Source: Octopus vulgaris | Taxonomy: Eukaryota | DNA length: 64,000 nt | Assembly (NCBI GenBank): GCA_951406725.2 | Contig: OX597814.1 | Coordinates: forward strand, 82,708,001-82,772,000 | Reading direction: 5' to 3' | Shown here: positions 26,934 to 40,160 of the stretch, in pieces | Position numbering within the stretch: the first letter of the stretch is position 1 | Layout of the letters: every line of letters begins with the position of its first letter | Notes under the pieces: generated by a model | What the model was told of the DNA's origin: nothing | Databases searched by the model: none | What the model saw: only the letters and a program-made list of their open reading frames with translations | Translations under genes and position numbers: made by a program

Positions 26934-28329
26934 TTAAACAAAAGTTAACTGCTGTCTGACTGTAACCCTCTGTCTTAGTTGTCATTACCTGTTGTACCAA
27001 AGTTGCCTCATTTTCCTCCCTTTCTTGCTTAGCAAGCGGTTAACCTTTGGTATAACCTTGACAGAATAATTTCTACCAGTTTAAATTCACATGCATTATC
27101 TGATTTTTTTTCCTGATGGCTAGTTATATGCTGCAACACATTTGGTTCTACAACTCAAATTATTCCATTGATATGAACATTTTCTACACACATTATGTAA
27201 TTGACTTTGTAAAACATGAAAATATATAAGTACAATGTTCTTTCTACACTTTTACAAGAATACAAAGTATCTGGATGATTTTATGTGTGCGCATTTTAAC
27301 AAATTCATTTATGTAAATCTTGTCTTGTTTGATGTCATTTCTTACTGAATTCTGACCTATCTTGAATTTTTATTCACAAACCACATGCTGTGTAATTATC
27401 ATAGTATTTTTCTGTGGACAAGATCAGAAGAGGTTATGTTTTTTTGTTATAGTATAAGAAATAAAAACAAATTCATATATAATCTATTATTGTTGTTATA
27501 TCTGTAAAATCTATTGATCTCCTGCATATTCATTGACGAGGTGTTAAATTCTTACTGTACTATCATTATATTTCCTTTTTTTTTGTGATGTAAAGTTTGA
27601 TTATTACTTTATTTCTTGATTGTTCCTTTTCTAAAATTTCTAAAAAAACTTCCATATTGTAGGGTGGAATATTTTGTCTTTATTTTATTTTCACTATTAA
27701 TAAAATGCTATGTATTTAACTTCGCAAATGAAAACATGAAATAATGTATAGTGATGTGTTTACTCTGCTGATAAAAAGCATGATGATGAATTTGCTGATT
27801 ATATAATAGCTCACCTTACAATGAAAATAGTAGGCAATGAAATTACAGGCAATATATATTTACTGTTTAAGGTGGGGAGCTGACAGAATCGTTAGCATGC
27901 TGGGCAAAATGCTAAGTAGCATTTCATCTGTGGCTGACTTTGCCTTTCATCTTTTTGGCATTGATAAAGTAAGTAATAGTTGAACACTGGGATTGATGTA
28001 ATCGACTAATTTCTCTCCTGAACTTGCTACTTTGTGCCAAAATTTAACACCAATATGTATTTACTGATCTATAGTTAGTCACAATGAATTTACACTGAAC
28101 CTATTGTGAAGCTGTCTATATTTGCAACATAGTGCCAAATTCAATTTCCAGATAGAGGCATTTCATGACAACTCCCTCAGTCAAATAAACTTGTCCCTTA
28201 TAAGACAACTTGGTTGATATATCAGCCACTTTTATTTTAGAAAGATGAGTTATCTCTCTGAAAAAATATATAATTTTCATAACTTCATCAACCTCATCCA
28301 TCTTCTCCTCCACCCTCTATTTCTTGGAA

Positions 28330-28590
28330 GATCATGGGGATAGAGTCCTCAGGCACCCCTTCCATAGGGCCCTATCAGAAGCAACCACCCCTGGAAATTC
28401 CAGTTGGATTCCCAAGCATGACCAACTGGGACTATGTATATTATCCAACCATCTTGTTCTTGGTCTACCCTAGTTCTCCTGCAAATTGGTTTGGCATGAA
28501 GAATTTGTCATGGGATTATTTCCAGTGACATTCTAATCTCATGTCTGTAGTAAAGGAGTCAAGAGTTCTCAATGAAATGAGTTAAGGAAG
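28330..28590 (-). mobile_element. RTE-like LINE 3' end remnant
   Basis: Minus strand approximates RRTR(G)RPRTRWLDNI with one frameshift. Confidence 0.45.
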
Positions 28591-29652
28591 TTAATCCTTT
28601 AGCATTCAGATTATTTTGTCAAATGCTTATTTATTCACATTGCTTTGAATGTAGACATTCAACTATGGACATATTTCATTACATTCAACTTCATCAGCAT
28701 AGTATAGAGTTATTTCTTTAACATTTTCTAATTTTTTTGTATAAAATACACTAGCTGAAAATTACACACAACTCTTTTCCTAAATTGAAATGGAAATCTT
28801 TATGTATTTTACAAGTGGACTTAAGCAGAGTATACTATGCTTATGTCATCTAATATAATTGTCCCTTGCTTGCAAAATCTAATTTCATTTCTTTAAGCAT
28901 GTAAATTAACTCTGAGGGATTCATTTTTAATTTCTCGAAATTATCTCCCAACTTCTTTGATAGTTTCTAACTGTTGTCACTAGGTTTGATTTTTTTTTTC
29001 CCCCAACTAAATTAATTGAAAATTGTTTCTATGCAGTAACATAATTTATCTATTGCAGTACAAAAATTCATTCTGAAAAGAATTTTAAATATTAACACTC
29101 GTATTCCTTTTGTATTTTGCAAAATTGATTCCATTTTCTTTAGCATCTTTCTTTAGTGTATAAGCCAACACCTTTAAACTTTATCTCTAGAGGTATACAA
29201 ATATCACATAATTCCATTCCCTTTCTCTATAAATCTTGGGCCTTATGTTCTATATAAGAAATCAATAAATCTTCCTCTTCACCACCACCACCACCACCAC
29301 TGCCGCCACTGCCCCCCCCACCACCACCAATAACAACAATCTTGTGTCAGAATCATGAAAGAAATGCTTTAAATTGATTTATTAGATATGTTTGGAATTA
29401 AGGAACATGACTTGAACTATTTCTGATAACTCAGAGTTTATCTGAAAGATTAAGCCTATCAGTTAGGTTAAGCTGTATTTGGAATTTGTCACTAGTGAAA
29501 TGAAATGGAAGACATTTTATAATCTGCTTTATGGAGAATTTACTGCACAATATACTTAATAGAATAAAGTAAATTTTCTGCAAAAATTTAACTGGTTAAA
29601 TTCTAGTTTGATTAAGAGTCAAAATATGTTTCATTACATAAGCATGATAAGA

Positions 29653-30660
29653 GTGGCAAGCTAGCAGAGTCATTAGCATGCTGGGATAAATGCTTAATGG
29701 CATTTTGTCCATCTGCACATTCTGAGTTCAAATTCCACCAAGGTTAACTTTCCATTTCATCGTTGAGTACTGAGGTCAATGTAATTGACTATACCCCTCC
29801 CCCAAACGTCAGGCCTTGTGCCTATAGTAGAAAGCGTTATATAAGCATGATAAGAACGACAAGCTGGCAGAATCATTAACATTTCAGAGAAAGTGCTTAG
29901 CAGCATTTCTTTAGACTTTACATTGTGAGTTCAAATTCTGCCAAGGCTGACTGCCTTTCATCCTCTCAGGATTGATAAAATAAGTATCATTTGAACACTA
30001 GTGGATCAATGCAATCAACTAGCTTCCTCCTCCAAAATTCCAAGTCTTGTGCTTAGAGTAAAGGGTAAAGACCCCCTTCAGTCATGAATGACCATGGGAT
30101 TGCACCTAGAAAGTTACCCTCCTAGACACAAGTCCGGGCAAGGTTGTTTATGGAAGACCAGCAGTCGCCCATGCATACCAGCCTCCCCTCTCCATGCCAC
30201 CAGTGTTATCCAAGGGAAAGACAAAGGTCGATACAGCTTGGCACCAGTGACGTCGCAACTCATTTCTACAGCTGAGTGAACTGGAGCAACGTGAAATAAA
30301 GTGCCTTGCTCAAGAACACAACACACAGCCCGGTCCGGGATTCGAGCTCACAACCTCACGATCGTAAGCTCGATGCTCTAACCACTGAGCCATGCGCCTT
30401 CACGATGTGCCTAGAGTAGAAAGAATTATATATGTATTCATTATGGGTGATGAGCTGGCAGGATTGTTAGAGTATCAGAAAAAAAAGTTTGTTCTGATTC
30501 TTTTCATTTTGAGTTCAAATCCAACTAAGGTCATCTCAGTCATTCATTTCTATGGAGTTGGTAAGATAAAGTGCGAGTCCAATACTAGGCTTGAAGATAC
30601 TAAGTAGCCCCCATCCTCTCAAAATTGTTGACCTTGAGCTCAAATTAGAAACCATTATGT
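29653..30660 (+). mobile_element. Head-to-tail cluster of three SINE family B copies
   Basis: Copies at about 29653-29840, 29856-30430 (interrupted) and 30445-30660. The first is flanked by the 15-bp duplication ataagcatgataaga (29638-52 and 29841-55). Confidence 0.8.
30061..30405 (-). mobile_element. Young tRNA-derived CORE-like SINE with target-site duplication
   Basis: Head ggcgcatggctcagtggttagagc...gctcgaatccc, then ttgtgttcttgagcaaggcacttt. CpG-rich. 13-bp TSD tgtgc(t/c)tagagta at 30048-60 and 30406-18. Confidence 0.9.
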
Positions 30661-31045
30661 ATTCTTTTATTCTATTACTTGCTTCCGTCATTTAACTGTG
30701 GCCATGCTGGAGCATCACCTTAAAGGCTTTTAGTCGAAGAAATCAACCCCAGGACTTAGGCTTTTCTAAGCCTAGTACTTATTCTATTGGTTTCTTGTGC
30801 TGAACCACTAAGTTACAAGAACAAGTGATGGCAGGGAGGCAAACACAGTCACACACATATAAATATATACATAATATATATGACGGGCCTCTTTCAGTTT
30901 CTCTCTACCAAATCCACTCACAAGACTTTGGTTGGCCTGAGGCCATAGTTGAAGACACTTGTCCAAGGTGCTACACAGTGGGACTGAACCTGGAACCATG
31001 TGGTTGGGAAGCAAGCTTCGTACCACACAGCTACAGCCATACCTG
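30661..31045 (-). mobile_element. SINE family A
   Basis: Reverse complement of the family A consensus. Confidence 0.85.
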
Positions 31046-32096
31046 CATGTATGATTATATATGGTTGGTATTAAGGAAGGCATTTGGTTGCAGAAACCAT
31101 GCCAAAATAGACACTGGAGTATTATGCAGTTCTTGGCTCCATTGGATCCTATCAAACCATCCAACCCATGGTAGCACCAAAGACAAATATTGGTTTCAAA
31201 TTTTGGCACAATTTTAGAGCAGGAGTATGTTGATTACATTGACCCCAGTGCTCAATTGGTACTTATTTTATCAAGCCTGAAAGGATGAAAGGCAAAGTTG
31301 ACTTAAGCAGAATTTGAACTCAGGATGTAAAGATGGATGGAATGTTGCTAAGTATTTTGTGGGCATGTTAATGTTTCTGCCAGCTCACCACCCTATCAAA
31401 GATGAATATTAAGACCACCATGAATATATATGGATGATAATATATGCATGGTTATGTATATATGATTATTTATGCATAGCCAGAAGTCAAATTATGTTTG
31501 AAAGGAGTTAGTCATGAAAATTGTTAATAATGAAGACAACATTCAAAATGTATTAATGCAAGAAGTGTTTGTTCTCTTGCTCGATGAGAACAGTTAGGTG
31601 TAGCACAACATGCTAAGGGCAGAATACAGTAAGGAGTTGAATTGGATGTGTATGATGGTGTTGGTGTGTTCTGTATTGGTGTTGCTTGTGCTGTTTAGTC
31701 ATGTGCTTTTGTTTCATTATATGGCAAGGTTGGGATGATGTATGGTAGCATTAGTGTATTATTATTGTAATTTTGGGAAGCTGTATATAGCATTGTCACT
31801 TGGGGTTGTGGTAGCATGTACTGGGGCAGTGATTATGTCATGTATGACATTATAGGTGTATGACATTGTTGATGTGTTGTCTAGTACAGAGAAGTTGATA
31901 TATTCTTTTATTCTTTTACTTGTTTCAGTAATTTTGACTGGGCATGCTGGAGCACCTCCTTTAGTTGAACAAATCAACCCCAGGACTTATTCTTTGTAAG
32001 CCTGGTACCTATTCTATCAGTCTCTTTTGCTGAACTGCTAGCTTATGGTGGTCAAGTCATGATGGGGAGACAAACACAGAGACACAAATACATACT

Positions 32097-32129
<33 letters not shown>

Positions 32130-32135
<6 letters not shown>

Positions 32136-32575
32136 AAAGGGTTATTTGCAACAAGTTGCTTAAACCACATACCGAAAATATTAGAAATAGCAGCCAAACA
32201 GGTTACCATTACTATTACTACAAAAATAAGTCTCCACAAACAACAGTATTTGTAACCCGTATATGGTAAAAAGAAGGAAGACAATGAAATCACACAGTCT
32301 ACTTTGGATCAATTATGGATGATCGTTTCTGGATTAGAATCGAAAATTCATTTCCTTATCAACATAATATTTCCTATAAATCTAGAAATCTAGGAAAAAA
32401 CTCACCAATTACATTATTCGATCAGGCGACATTGAACGATATAACAGTCTGCCAGCATCTCCACATTTATATAGACAAGCGAATTCGTATCTCCCTCCAA
32501 AATTTCACCACATGAGTTACAAAAACAGTACCACAGAAACGAAGTTTCGCAGATTCATTGTAAGGGAGTAATAGT
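32130..32575 (-). mobile_element. Non-coding element of about 445 bp between microsatellites, with a hammerhead motif
   Basis: Minus strand attatg-TTGATAA-stem II-GAAAC-gatc-ATC-cataat (32312-32368). Shares tttggctg(c/t)tatttcta with the 491-bp unit. Confidence 0.55.
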
Positions 32576-32580
32576 ATATA

Positions 32581-32613
<33 letters not shown>

Positions 32614-32614
32614 G

Positions 32615-32925
32615 AAGGCACGTGGCTTAGTGGTTAGGGCATTCGGCTCACGATTGTAAGGTCGTGAGTTCAATTCCCTGTGACGCGTTGTGTCCTTGAG
32701 CAAGACACTTTATTTCACATTGTTCCAGTCTACTCAGCTAGCAAAAATGAGTTGTACTTGTATTTCAAAGGGCTAGCCTTGTCACACTCTGTGTCATGCT
32801 GAATCTCCCTGAGAACTACGTGTCTGTGGATTGGTCAGTCACTTGCACATTAATTTCATGAGCAGGCTGTTCCGTTGATCGTATCAGCTGGGACCCTCGT
32901 CGTCGTAACCGACGGAGTGCTCCTT
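32615..32925 (+). mobile_element. tRNA-derived CORE-like SINE family C
   Basis: ggcacgtggcttagtggttagggc...gagttcaattccc followed by ttgtgtccttgagcaagacacttt. Head is shared with 30061-30405 but the tail differs. Confidence 0.85.
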
Positions 32926-33137
32926 TTTTATATATATGATGGGCTTCCGTCAGTTTCCATCTTCCAAATCTACTCACAGGGCTTTGGTCAGCCCAAGGCT
33001 ATAGTAGAAGACATTTGCCCAAGATGCCATGCAGTGGGATTAAACTCAGAACCATTTGGTTGGAAAGTGATATATGTATATCACTTGCCCAAAGTGCCAC
33101 GCAGTGGGTTTGAACTCGTAACCATTTGGTTGTAAAG

Positions 33138-33179
<42 letters not shown>

Positions 33180-33182
<3 letters not shown>

Positions 33183-34800
33183 ATTTGGTTTTGTGCCAGG
33201 GAGATGCACCACTGATGCTATATTCCTGGTAAGGCAGCTGCAGGAAAAATCCCAAGCCAAAAATAAACCTCTGTATTTGGCTTTAGTTGACATGGAGAAT
33301 CCCCTGTTCCTTTATCTGGTAGTCATTGCTGAAACTAGGGATAGAGGAGTAGCTATTGAGAGCTGTACAACCCATGTACAGGGACACTGTCAGTAAGGTG
33401 AGGATTGGCAATGAGTATAGCAATAAGTTCAGTGTTCAATTAGGAGTTCACCAAGGATCAGTCCTCAGCCCCCTCTTGTTCATCATAATCATCCAGGTAA
33501 TAACAGAGGAATTTAAGTCAGGCTCCCCTGGGAGCTCTTCTAAGCTGATGACCTTGTACACACACAAGCATCATACAATCTACCTTTGACTCTGAGGGAA
33601 GGTCCCTTTGTTGTCAACAAAAATAGAAACTTTCTGAACTTTGCCCAGCCTTTTCTTATTCCAGGAGCTACACTCTTGGAGCATCCACCACCACTGCTGA
33701 CTTGGTTACCTAGATAAAGAAAGCTATTGACTACTTCTAGGTATCCCCATTAGCATTTGATGGAATTACTAATAGAATTAGAAAAACAATTTCAGGAGTG
33801 GAAGCAAGACCTGGAATCAAAGGGCCTTAGAGTTAATTGAGCAAAATCCAAGTAGGAAAGTAGGAAAGCAGACAAATCAAAAATCACTTCAGGGATGTGT
33901 AGAAAAGTCATAGGTACAAAGTCTATAAGGTGTACCTGGTGCAAGCTATGGACATATAGGAAGTGCAACAATATCAGAGGAAGGTTGACAAGGAAAATAG
34001 TCTTTGTATGTGACATGCACAGGTACAATAAACTCTAGAAATATACAGAAAATAGACTCCATGAAATGTTAGTGGGGATACATAGTAGTCGATAGCTTTC
34101 TTTATCTAGGTGACCAAGTCAACAGTGGAGGTTGATGCTCCAGGTGTGTAGCTCCTAGAATAAGAAAAGGCTGGGCAAAGTTCAGAAAGTTTCTACCTTT
34201 GTTGACAACAAAGGGGCTTTCCCTCAGAGTGAAAGGTAGACTGTATGATGCTTTTGTGTGAATAGTCATGCTACACAGCAGTGAAACATGGGCTGTGACT
34301 GCAGAGGATATGTGAAGGCTTGAAAGAAATGAATCTAGTATGCTCCATTGGATGTGCAATGTCAGGGTGCATGTACGACTGAGTGTAAGCATCTTTGGAG
34401 AAAAATTGGTGTGCAAGAAAGATAACCACACTGGTATGGTCATGTGTTGCATATGGATGAGGACAGCTGTGTAAAGAAGTACCAGTCTCTAACTGGAGGG
34501 AACCTGTTGAAGAGGCAGACCCAGGAAAACACTGGACAAGGTAGTGAAGCATGATCTTCGAATGTGGGGTCTCATGGAGGTGATGACAACTGATTGTGAC
34601 CTTTGGTGATTTTCTGTGCTTGAGAAGACTCATCAAGTCAAGTGACTCTCAGAGTGATTGGCATTAAGAGGGGCATCCAGCCATAGTAGCCAAGCCAGAA
34701 TCAGACTGAAACTTTGTGCCACTCTCTGGCTTACCAGTTTCAGTCAAACCAACTAACACTAGTCAGCATGGAAAGCAGACATTAAATGATGATGATGATG
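33180..34800 (+). mobile_element. 5'-truncated decayed RTE-clade LINE (RT domain to 3' tail) with an internal inverted segment
   Basis: GFVPGRCTTDAIFLVRQLQEK...LALVD, GVHQGSVLSPLLF, *ADDL (YADD site), YLGD, SETWAVT, WYGHV, RGRPRK. Ends in (GAT)n. Confidence 0.9.
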
Positions 34801-34863
34801 ATATATATATGTGTGTATGTATGTATGTATGTATGTATGTATGTATGTATGTATGTATGTATG

Positions 34864-34897
<34 letters not shown>

Positions 34898-34901
34898 TGT
34901 A

Positions 34902-34980
<79 letters not shown>
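34801..34980. repeat. (TATG)n+(TG)n microsatellite
   Basis: Direct reading of the sequence. Confidence 0.97.
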
Positions 34981-34982
<2 letters not shown>

Positions 34983-35327
34983 AGTTTGTTGCCATGTTAT
35001 TGTGCTGGTGTATTGTATGGTAGTGTTGTGTAACTTCATTGGGGAATGTGTGCTCTATCACATATTGGTGATTGTATGATGTATGATATTATTGGTTTCT
35101 GACACTGTTGACATGTCTGGCTGTGTCATTGAATTGTATAAAGATGTTATGTATATATATAGTAATGTGTGTTTTATGGTAATGAGAAACACAGCAATTC
35201 ACTTTTGTCCAACTTCAAGACACTATGTACAAACTTTCACTCTACACAACTTAATACATAGATAAAAACCCACAAACTTGTTACAAGTGAAAGCTCTAAT
35301 TTTTTTTACCTGTTGAAATGTTTATTT

Positions 35328-35873
35328 CAGGAGTTCCCAAACTTTTCCATTCTGTTTACCCTTTGGTATCATTTTAAAAATAAATTTACCTCAACTTTGT
35401 TTAGTTCAGTGATTTGAGTTTACACTTTTTACTATAATAAATCAACCAACAAAGAAGAAGGAATTCAAAATACATCTTTTAAACATTATTAAATTCACAT
35501 AACAATAGCAATAAAGCTAGCACATAACAATGTTGTTCCACTAATTTGTGAACTAAAGATAAACAGATGCCAGAACCAAACAAAGTCTTCTGATTTAGAT
35601 GATTCCATTAGCAATAACACAGTTATTAAACTGTACAATACAAACTATTAAATCCAAAGTGATAGAAAAAAGTAAATTCATATTTTTTCTTAAAACAAGC
35701 CTACTTCAAAATATGTTCTGAACTTCAGATTTAAAAAAATTATACTTGAAAAATAAAATATCTAGAATCAGTAAATATAGCTACCCCTTGGGTAAGTGAA
35801 GTTTACACTCTAGATTGCCAAAGTTTTCTCCTGGAAATGAGGGTAAATTTATTCCAGTAAGGGTAAATCCTAG
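35328..35873. mobile_element. Possible hAT-like non-autonomous element
   Basis: Starts caggagttcccaaac, has subterminal tttaccc/gggtaaa motifs at both ends and an AT-rich interior. Confidence 0.5.
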
Positions 35874-36222
35874 TTTATCTTTCATTCCCATGTAGAGTCC
35901 ACTTATTTTTGCATTGAGGTGACCGAGATGTTGTTTTGTCAGTGATACGGGACCCTACCAGTGCTAGCTGATCCCCAAATGTTCCATTTCCTGCAAGAAG
36001 GAGGCCAGTGAGAGGAGACAGGATTTGAAGGATTTGAACATAAAATGCAAAAACTTGAATTAGACACCCGAAGGCATTTTGTCTGATGCTCTACCATTTC
36101 CATCAACATGCCATCTTGGACTGGTATTTCATTTATTGACACTGAAAAGATGAAAAGCAAGCTGATCTCAGTGGGACTTGAACACAGTGTGCAGAAAGCT
36201 GGAATATGAAATACCACAAAGC

Positions 36223-36785
36223 CATTAGGTCATCCTATAAATAATGTGGCTTTTTAAAACTTCTTTTATTTTTCAAAATTAAGATACACAAAGTTCTTTT
36301 TTAAACTAAAATAGACTCTCCTTCATTTTCTACAATGCTCTTCTATCTGTCTGGTAGACTTATAAGGCCACTCTTCCAAAATTCACTTGCCTGTGATGAA
36401 AAATACTCCTCCAGTACTGTTCTGACCTTGTCTACGGGATTCCTATATTTTCTGTCCAAATGATCCTGGAGACTGCAGAATAAACGATAATCAATGTCCG
36501 ATGAATATGGTGGGTGGGTCATTATTTCCCATTCAAACTGCTTTGGAATGTCCTCCTTGCTGTATGTGGCCAAGCATTATCCTGGTGGAAGAACACCTTT
36601 CGTCTTAAAATCAAAGATTGTTGTTTTCCTTTTAGCGCTGACTTAGGCCACTCAAGCTGTTTGCAGTAGATCTCCTTTGTTATCGTTTGTGTTTAATAGT
36701 TCAAAGTGGACTAAACCTTTCATATCCCACCAAACAGATAACAACACCTTACATGGGTGAAGACCTTTAGCTTGGGATGTTATAC
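36223..36785 (-). mobile_element. Mariner 3' half, same family as 11473-12674
   Basis: High nucleotide similarity to 11473-11990. FHQDNA and HPPYS motifs. One TIR. Confidence 0.85.
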
Positions 36786-39179
36786 ATAATAAAACTTTAT
36801 ACTAAATACTTTTTCCTATCCTCTCTGAAAACTTCTCTGTCTAACTAAATTGTCGCTCTACATCAACATAAAACAGGTTCAAGGTAAACATCAATCACAA
36901 GTTTAACTGAGCTAAAATTAATGGTATTTAGTTGTTCCAGTCAAATCTGCTCCATCAGATCTAAGTCATAGAGGTAACCATTCATTCAGAAGTGGCCATG
37001 GAAATTTAGTACACTGGACAATTATAGACCACAACTATATTACAAAGGGAATCATTGCCATTGTCACCAGCACCATTACCACTGCTACCTCCACCACCTG
37101 CTTCATCATCATCACCACCAGCACCATCAGCACCACCATCATCATCATTGTCAACATCACACCTTCATCATTATCTCTACTTTCCTATTGCACCATCACA
37201 ACATTCTTATGATATTTGCTTACTCATTTTCTAAATCCACATCGATCTTTTTGTCAATCTTTCCCTGTGATGAAGTCAAACTACAATGTGATATCAATAG
37301 CTTGGTTCTAAATCTATGATGCCAGTACCAACATTTATCTCTTTAATTTCATCATATAATTCAAATTTCCTTTCATTGTACAATAGTAGTTGAACATTTA
37401 CCAGTCTTTGATGGACTTATCAACTGAAGTAGAAATTTGCTCGTAAATTAAAAGACACATGTCATATCAATTCATAAGAAGATGATTGGAGAAGACTTAT
37501 AAGAGGAAATGACAAAATTATCAATGATGAGTGTAATAAGTATGGCAATATAGCATGGTACTTACACTGGAAATTAAAGCCATTCAATCAAAATCTTTTA
37601 TTGATTTATTCTCTGTAAAATTAAAACTCAAGTGGGATGCTCTTTAGAATATGTTTATGGTTTTGTGGCTGACATGGTCCTATGTGTATGAATAATCTTT
37701 TACCTTTTATCTTTTACTTATTTCAGTCATTGGATTATGGTCATGCTGGGGCACTACCTTGAATGGTTCAGTTGAAAAAATCGACTCCAGTACTTATTTT
37801 TTAAGTCTGGTACTTATTCTGGTGATCTCTTTTGCTGAATTGATAAGTTATGGGAATGCAAACAAACCAACACTGGTTGTTAAGCAGCAATGGACACACA
37901 CACACACACACACACATGCATGTGCGCACACACATACACACACAAGCGCATATACGCTTACACACACACACACATGCGTGCACACACACACACTTTTATT
38001 ATGGCTGACCAGAAAGCTACCAGGATCAGTATATCTACATTTTCTGCTCACTAGTCAGTGAGCAGAGAAGCCCACATTTTCCACAAGAAATTTCTATCAT
38101 GAGGGCATCAGCAAAAAAAAAAAAAACTTCAATTATTGAATTTAAGAAAACACCTAGATTGAGTGAATTTTTAAGGATTCTTGCCCTTTTGGTGAAGCAA
38201 AGTTTGCTTTGTCTGCTTCTGTTGAAGTATAGCCCACGTTGTTCTAGGAGCCTCCATTTAATCCTATATGGTGTCTCCTCTTCTTTTAAATGCTATATGT
38301 AGTTGTGCCTCTCCAGGGTGCTAAAACTGGACCTGTGGTTATTTAGTCATAGCTTAGAAAGGCCCTCAATTGCTTAATCTGTTGTGTTTGTGTGTATATA
38401 CACATTCGAGGCTTTTAAAAACCAAATGTAAATTTGTTTATATACACACATGGTTGTTACATTTGTAAAAAGCTATCTACATGGTGCTTAAAATCAGCGG
38501 AGATTGTTGTCAGTGGGCAGTAGCGCTTAATGGTAAAGCACTCAGCTGGTGTCTTGGGGGATGTAGATTTGACTGCCATGGCTATATGTTGTCAGTTTTT
38601 CCCACCTTGTAAAGGTAATAGTACTCAATTTCTCTGCTGTTTAATTGTGATACTACATTTGAAATATCACTTTCCTGTCTGTATCATATGATACACATTT
38701 GACGCTTCTAAAAACAAATGTAAGTTTGTTTATATACACACACATAGTTGTTATACACACATAGTTGTTATACACACACACACACACACGCACACACACA
38801 TACCCCCCCCCACACACAAAGGTCTTCCACATTGTTTCCATCAGCTGAGTTCATTCGCAAGGTATTGTTTGGCTTGGAGCTATAGTAGTAGACATTTACC
38901 CAAGGTGCTATGCAGTGGGGTTGAGCCCAAATCTACATGGTTGCAAAGTGAGCTTCTTAACCACACAACCATGCCTGCACTTAACTAAAAGATTTGTGGG
39001 TATCAGTAGGATTTTAAGTATGACTAGTTGGACACAGGCCATACATAATATTAATGTGCTAGATAACAAAATGTACAGTTGTCAGTTCAGATTTTGGTAG
39101 AGCCACTGTTATTGTTGCCAAGCTCCTGACAGATGCAATGGGTGTTGCATGTTAAGAGTAACAACTGTCTTTGTATTTT

Positions 39180-40160
39180 TTATCTTATATTTTTTACTTG
39201 TTTCAGTCATTGGACTGCAGCCATGCTGGGGCACTGCTTTGAATGGTTTAGTTGAATGAATCAACTCCAGGACTTATTTTTTTAAGTATGGTACTTATTC
39301 TACTAGTCTCTTTTGCTAAGCCATTAAGTTATGGAGGTGTAAACAGACAAACAGTGGTTGTCAAATCGTGGTAGGGAGCAAACACAAACTCAAAGACACA
39401 TGCATTTACATACATGGTGGCTACCCCCTCGTTATCAAGTATGGCCATTGCACGAAGCTTATTCAATGTTGTTATTGTGCAATGCCTGTGCAAGAAGATT
39501 TTTTTTTAAAGTGAGGAAAGGCTGTGCACTGAGTTAATCCCACTCACTAAGCAATAGCAGCCATAATCCGAAAAGAAGAACAAGTCAACATCATCAGTAA
39601 CCACTGAGCCACAGGTTTTATGTTGGAGTTATCCCAGTTACCTGAGTTACCTTTTCTGAGAAGGATGTCTTAACAAAGGCTAAGAGTCCTTCACTCCCAA
39701 TGATTTAACCATGTGATCGGGTATTCAGTTCGATATTTCTATGTCCCCGCGCATGATACAGCCTTAAGACATTTACTGGCTGGCTGTTGACTCTCAAGAG
39801 TTCCTCCGCCCTATGACAGGTTTTGTTTTTCATCCCACAGGGTGTCCAATAAACACCCTCCTCACCAAGCAAGCTTGGTAGGGTTGCCGGTTTAGTCGCC
39901 AACGACCTGACCATGCAACAGGTTGTACTGGGTTACATGGTACCAGTAGCACTTGAAAGTGACCTGACATGACTTACATACATACATACATGCATACATA
40001 TATTCAGACTCACACATACACACATGATGAGCTTCCACACAGTTTCCATCAACCAAATCCACTCATAAGGTACTGGTTGGCCAGAGACTACTATAGCAGA
40101 AGATATTTACTCATGCTGCCATGAAGTAGGACTGAACCTGAAACTGCTTGGTTGTAAAGA
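39180..40160 (-). mobile_element. SINE family A split by a nested insertion
   Basis: 3' half at 39180-39400 and 5' half at 40025-40160. Confidence 0.7.
39416..39973 (-). mobile_element. Non-autonomous, non-coding retroposon, probably RTE-derived (5'UTR plus 3' end)
   Basis: Flanked by ttacatacat (39406-15 and 39974-83). Higher GC. Minus strand has gactcttagcctttgttaag...gaaaaggtaactc...aaaacc (RTE 5'UTR-like) and a 3' stem-loop-like tggccatacttgataacgagggggtagcca. Confidence 0.6.

Noticed and set aside
30330-30402. tRNA gene-like sequence (also 32615-32690)
   Set aside because: The anticodon stem does not pair, there is no acceptor 3' strand, and it continues into a SINE body. The 30061-30405 copy also has a TSD. 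These are SINE heads.
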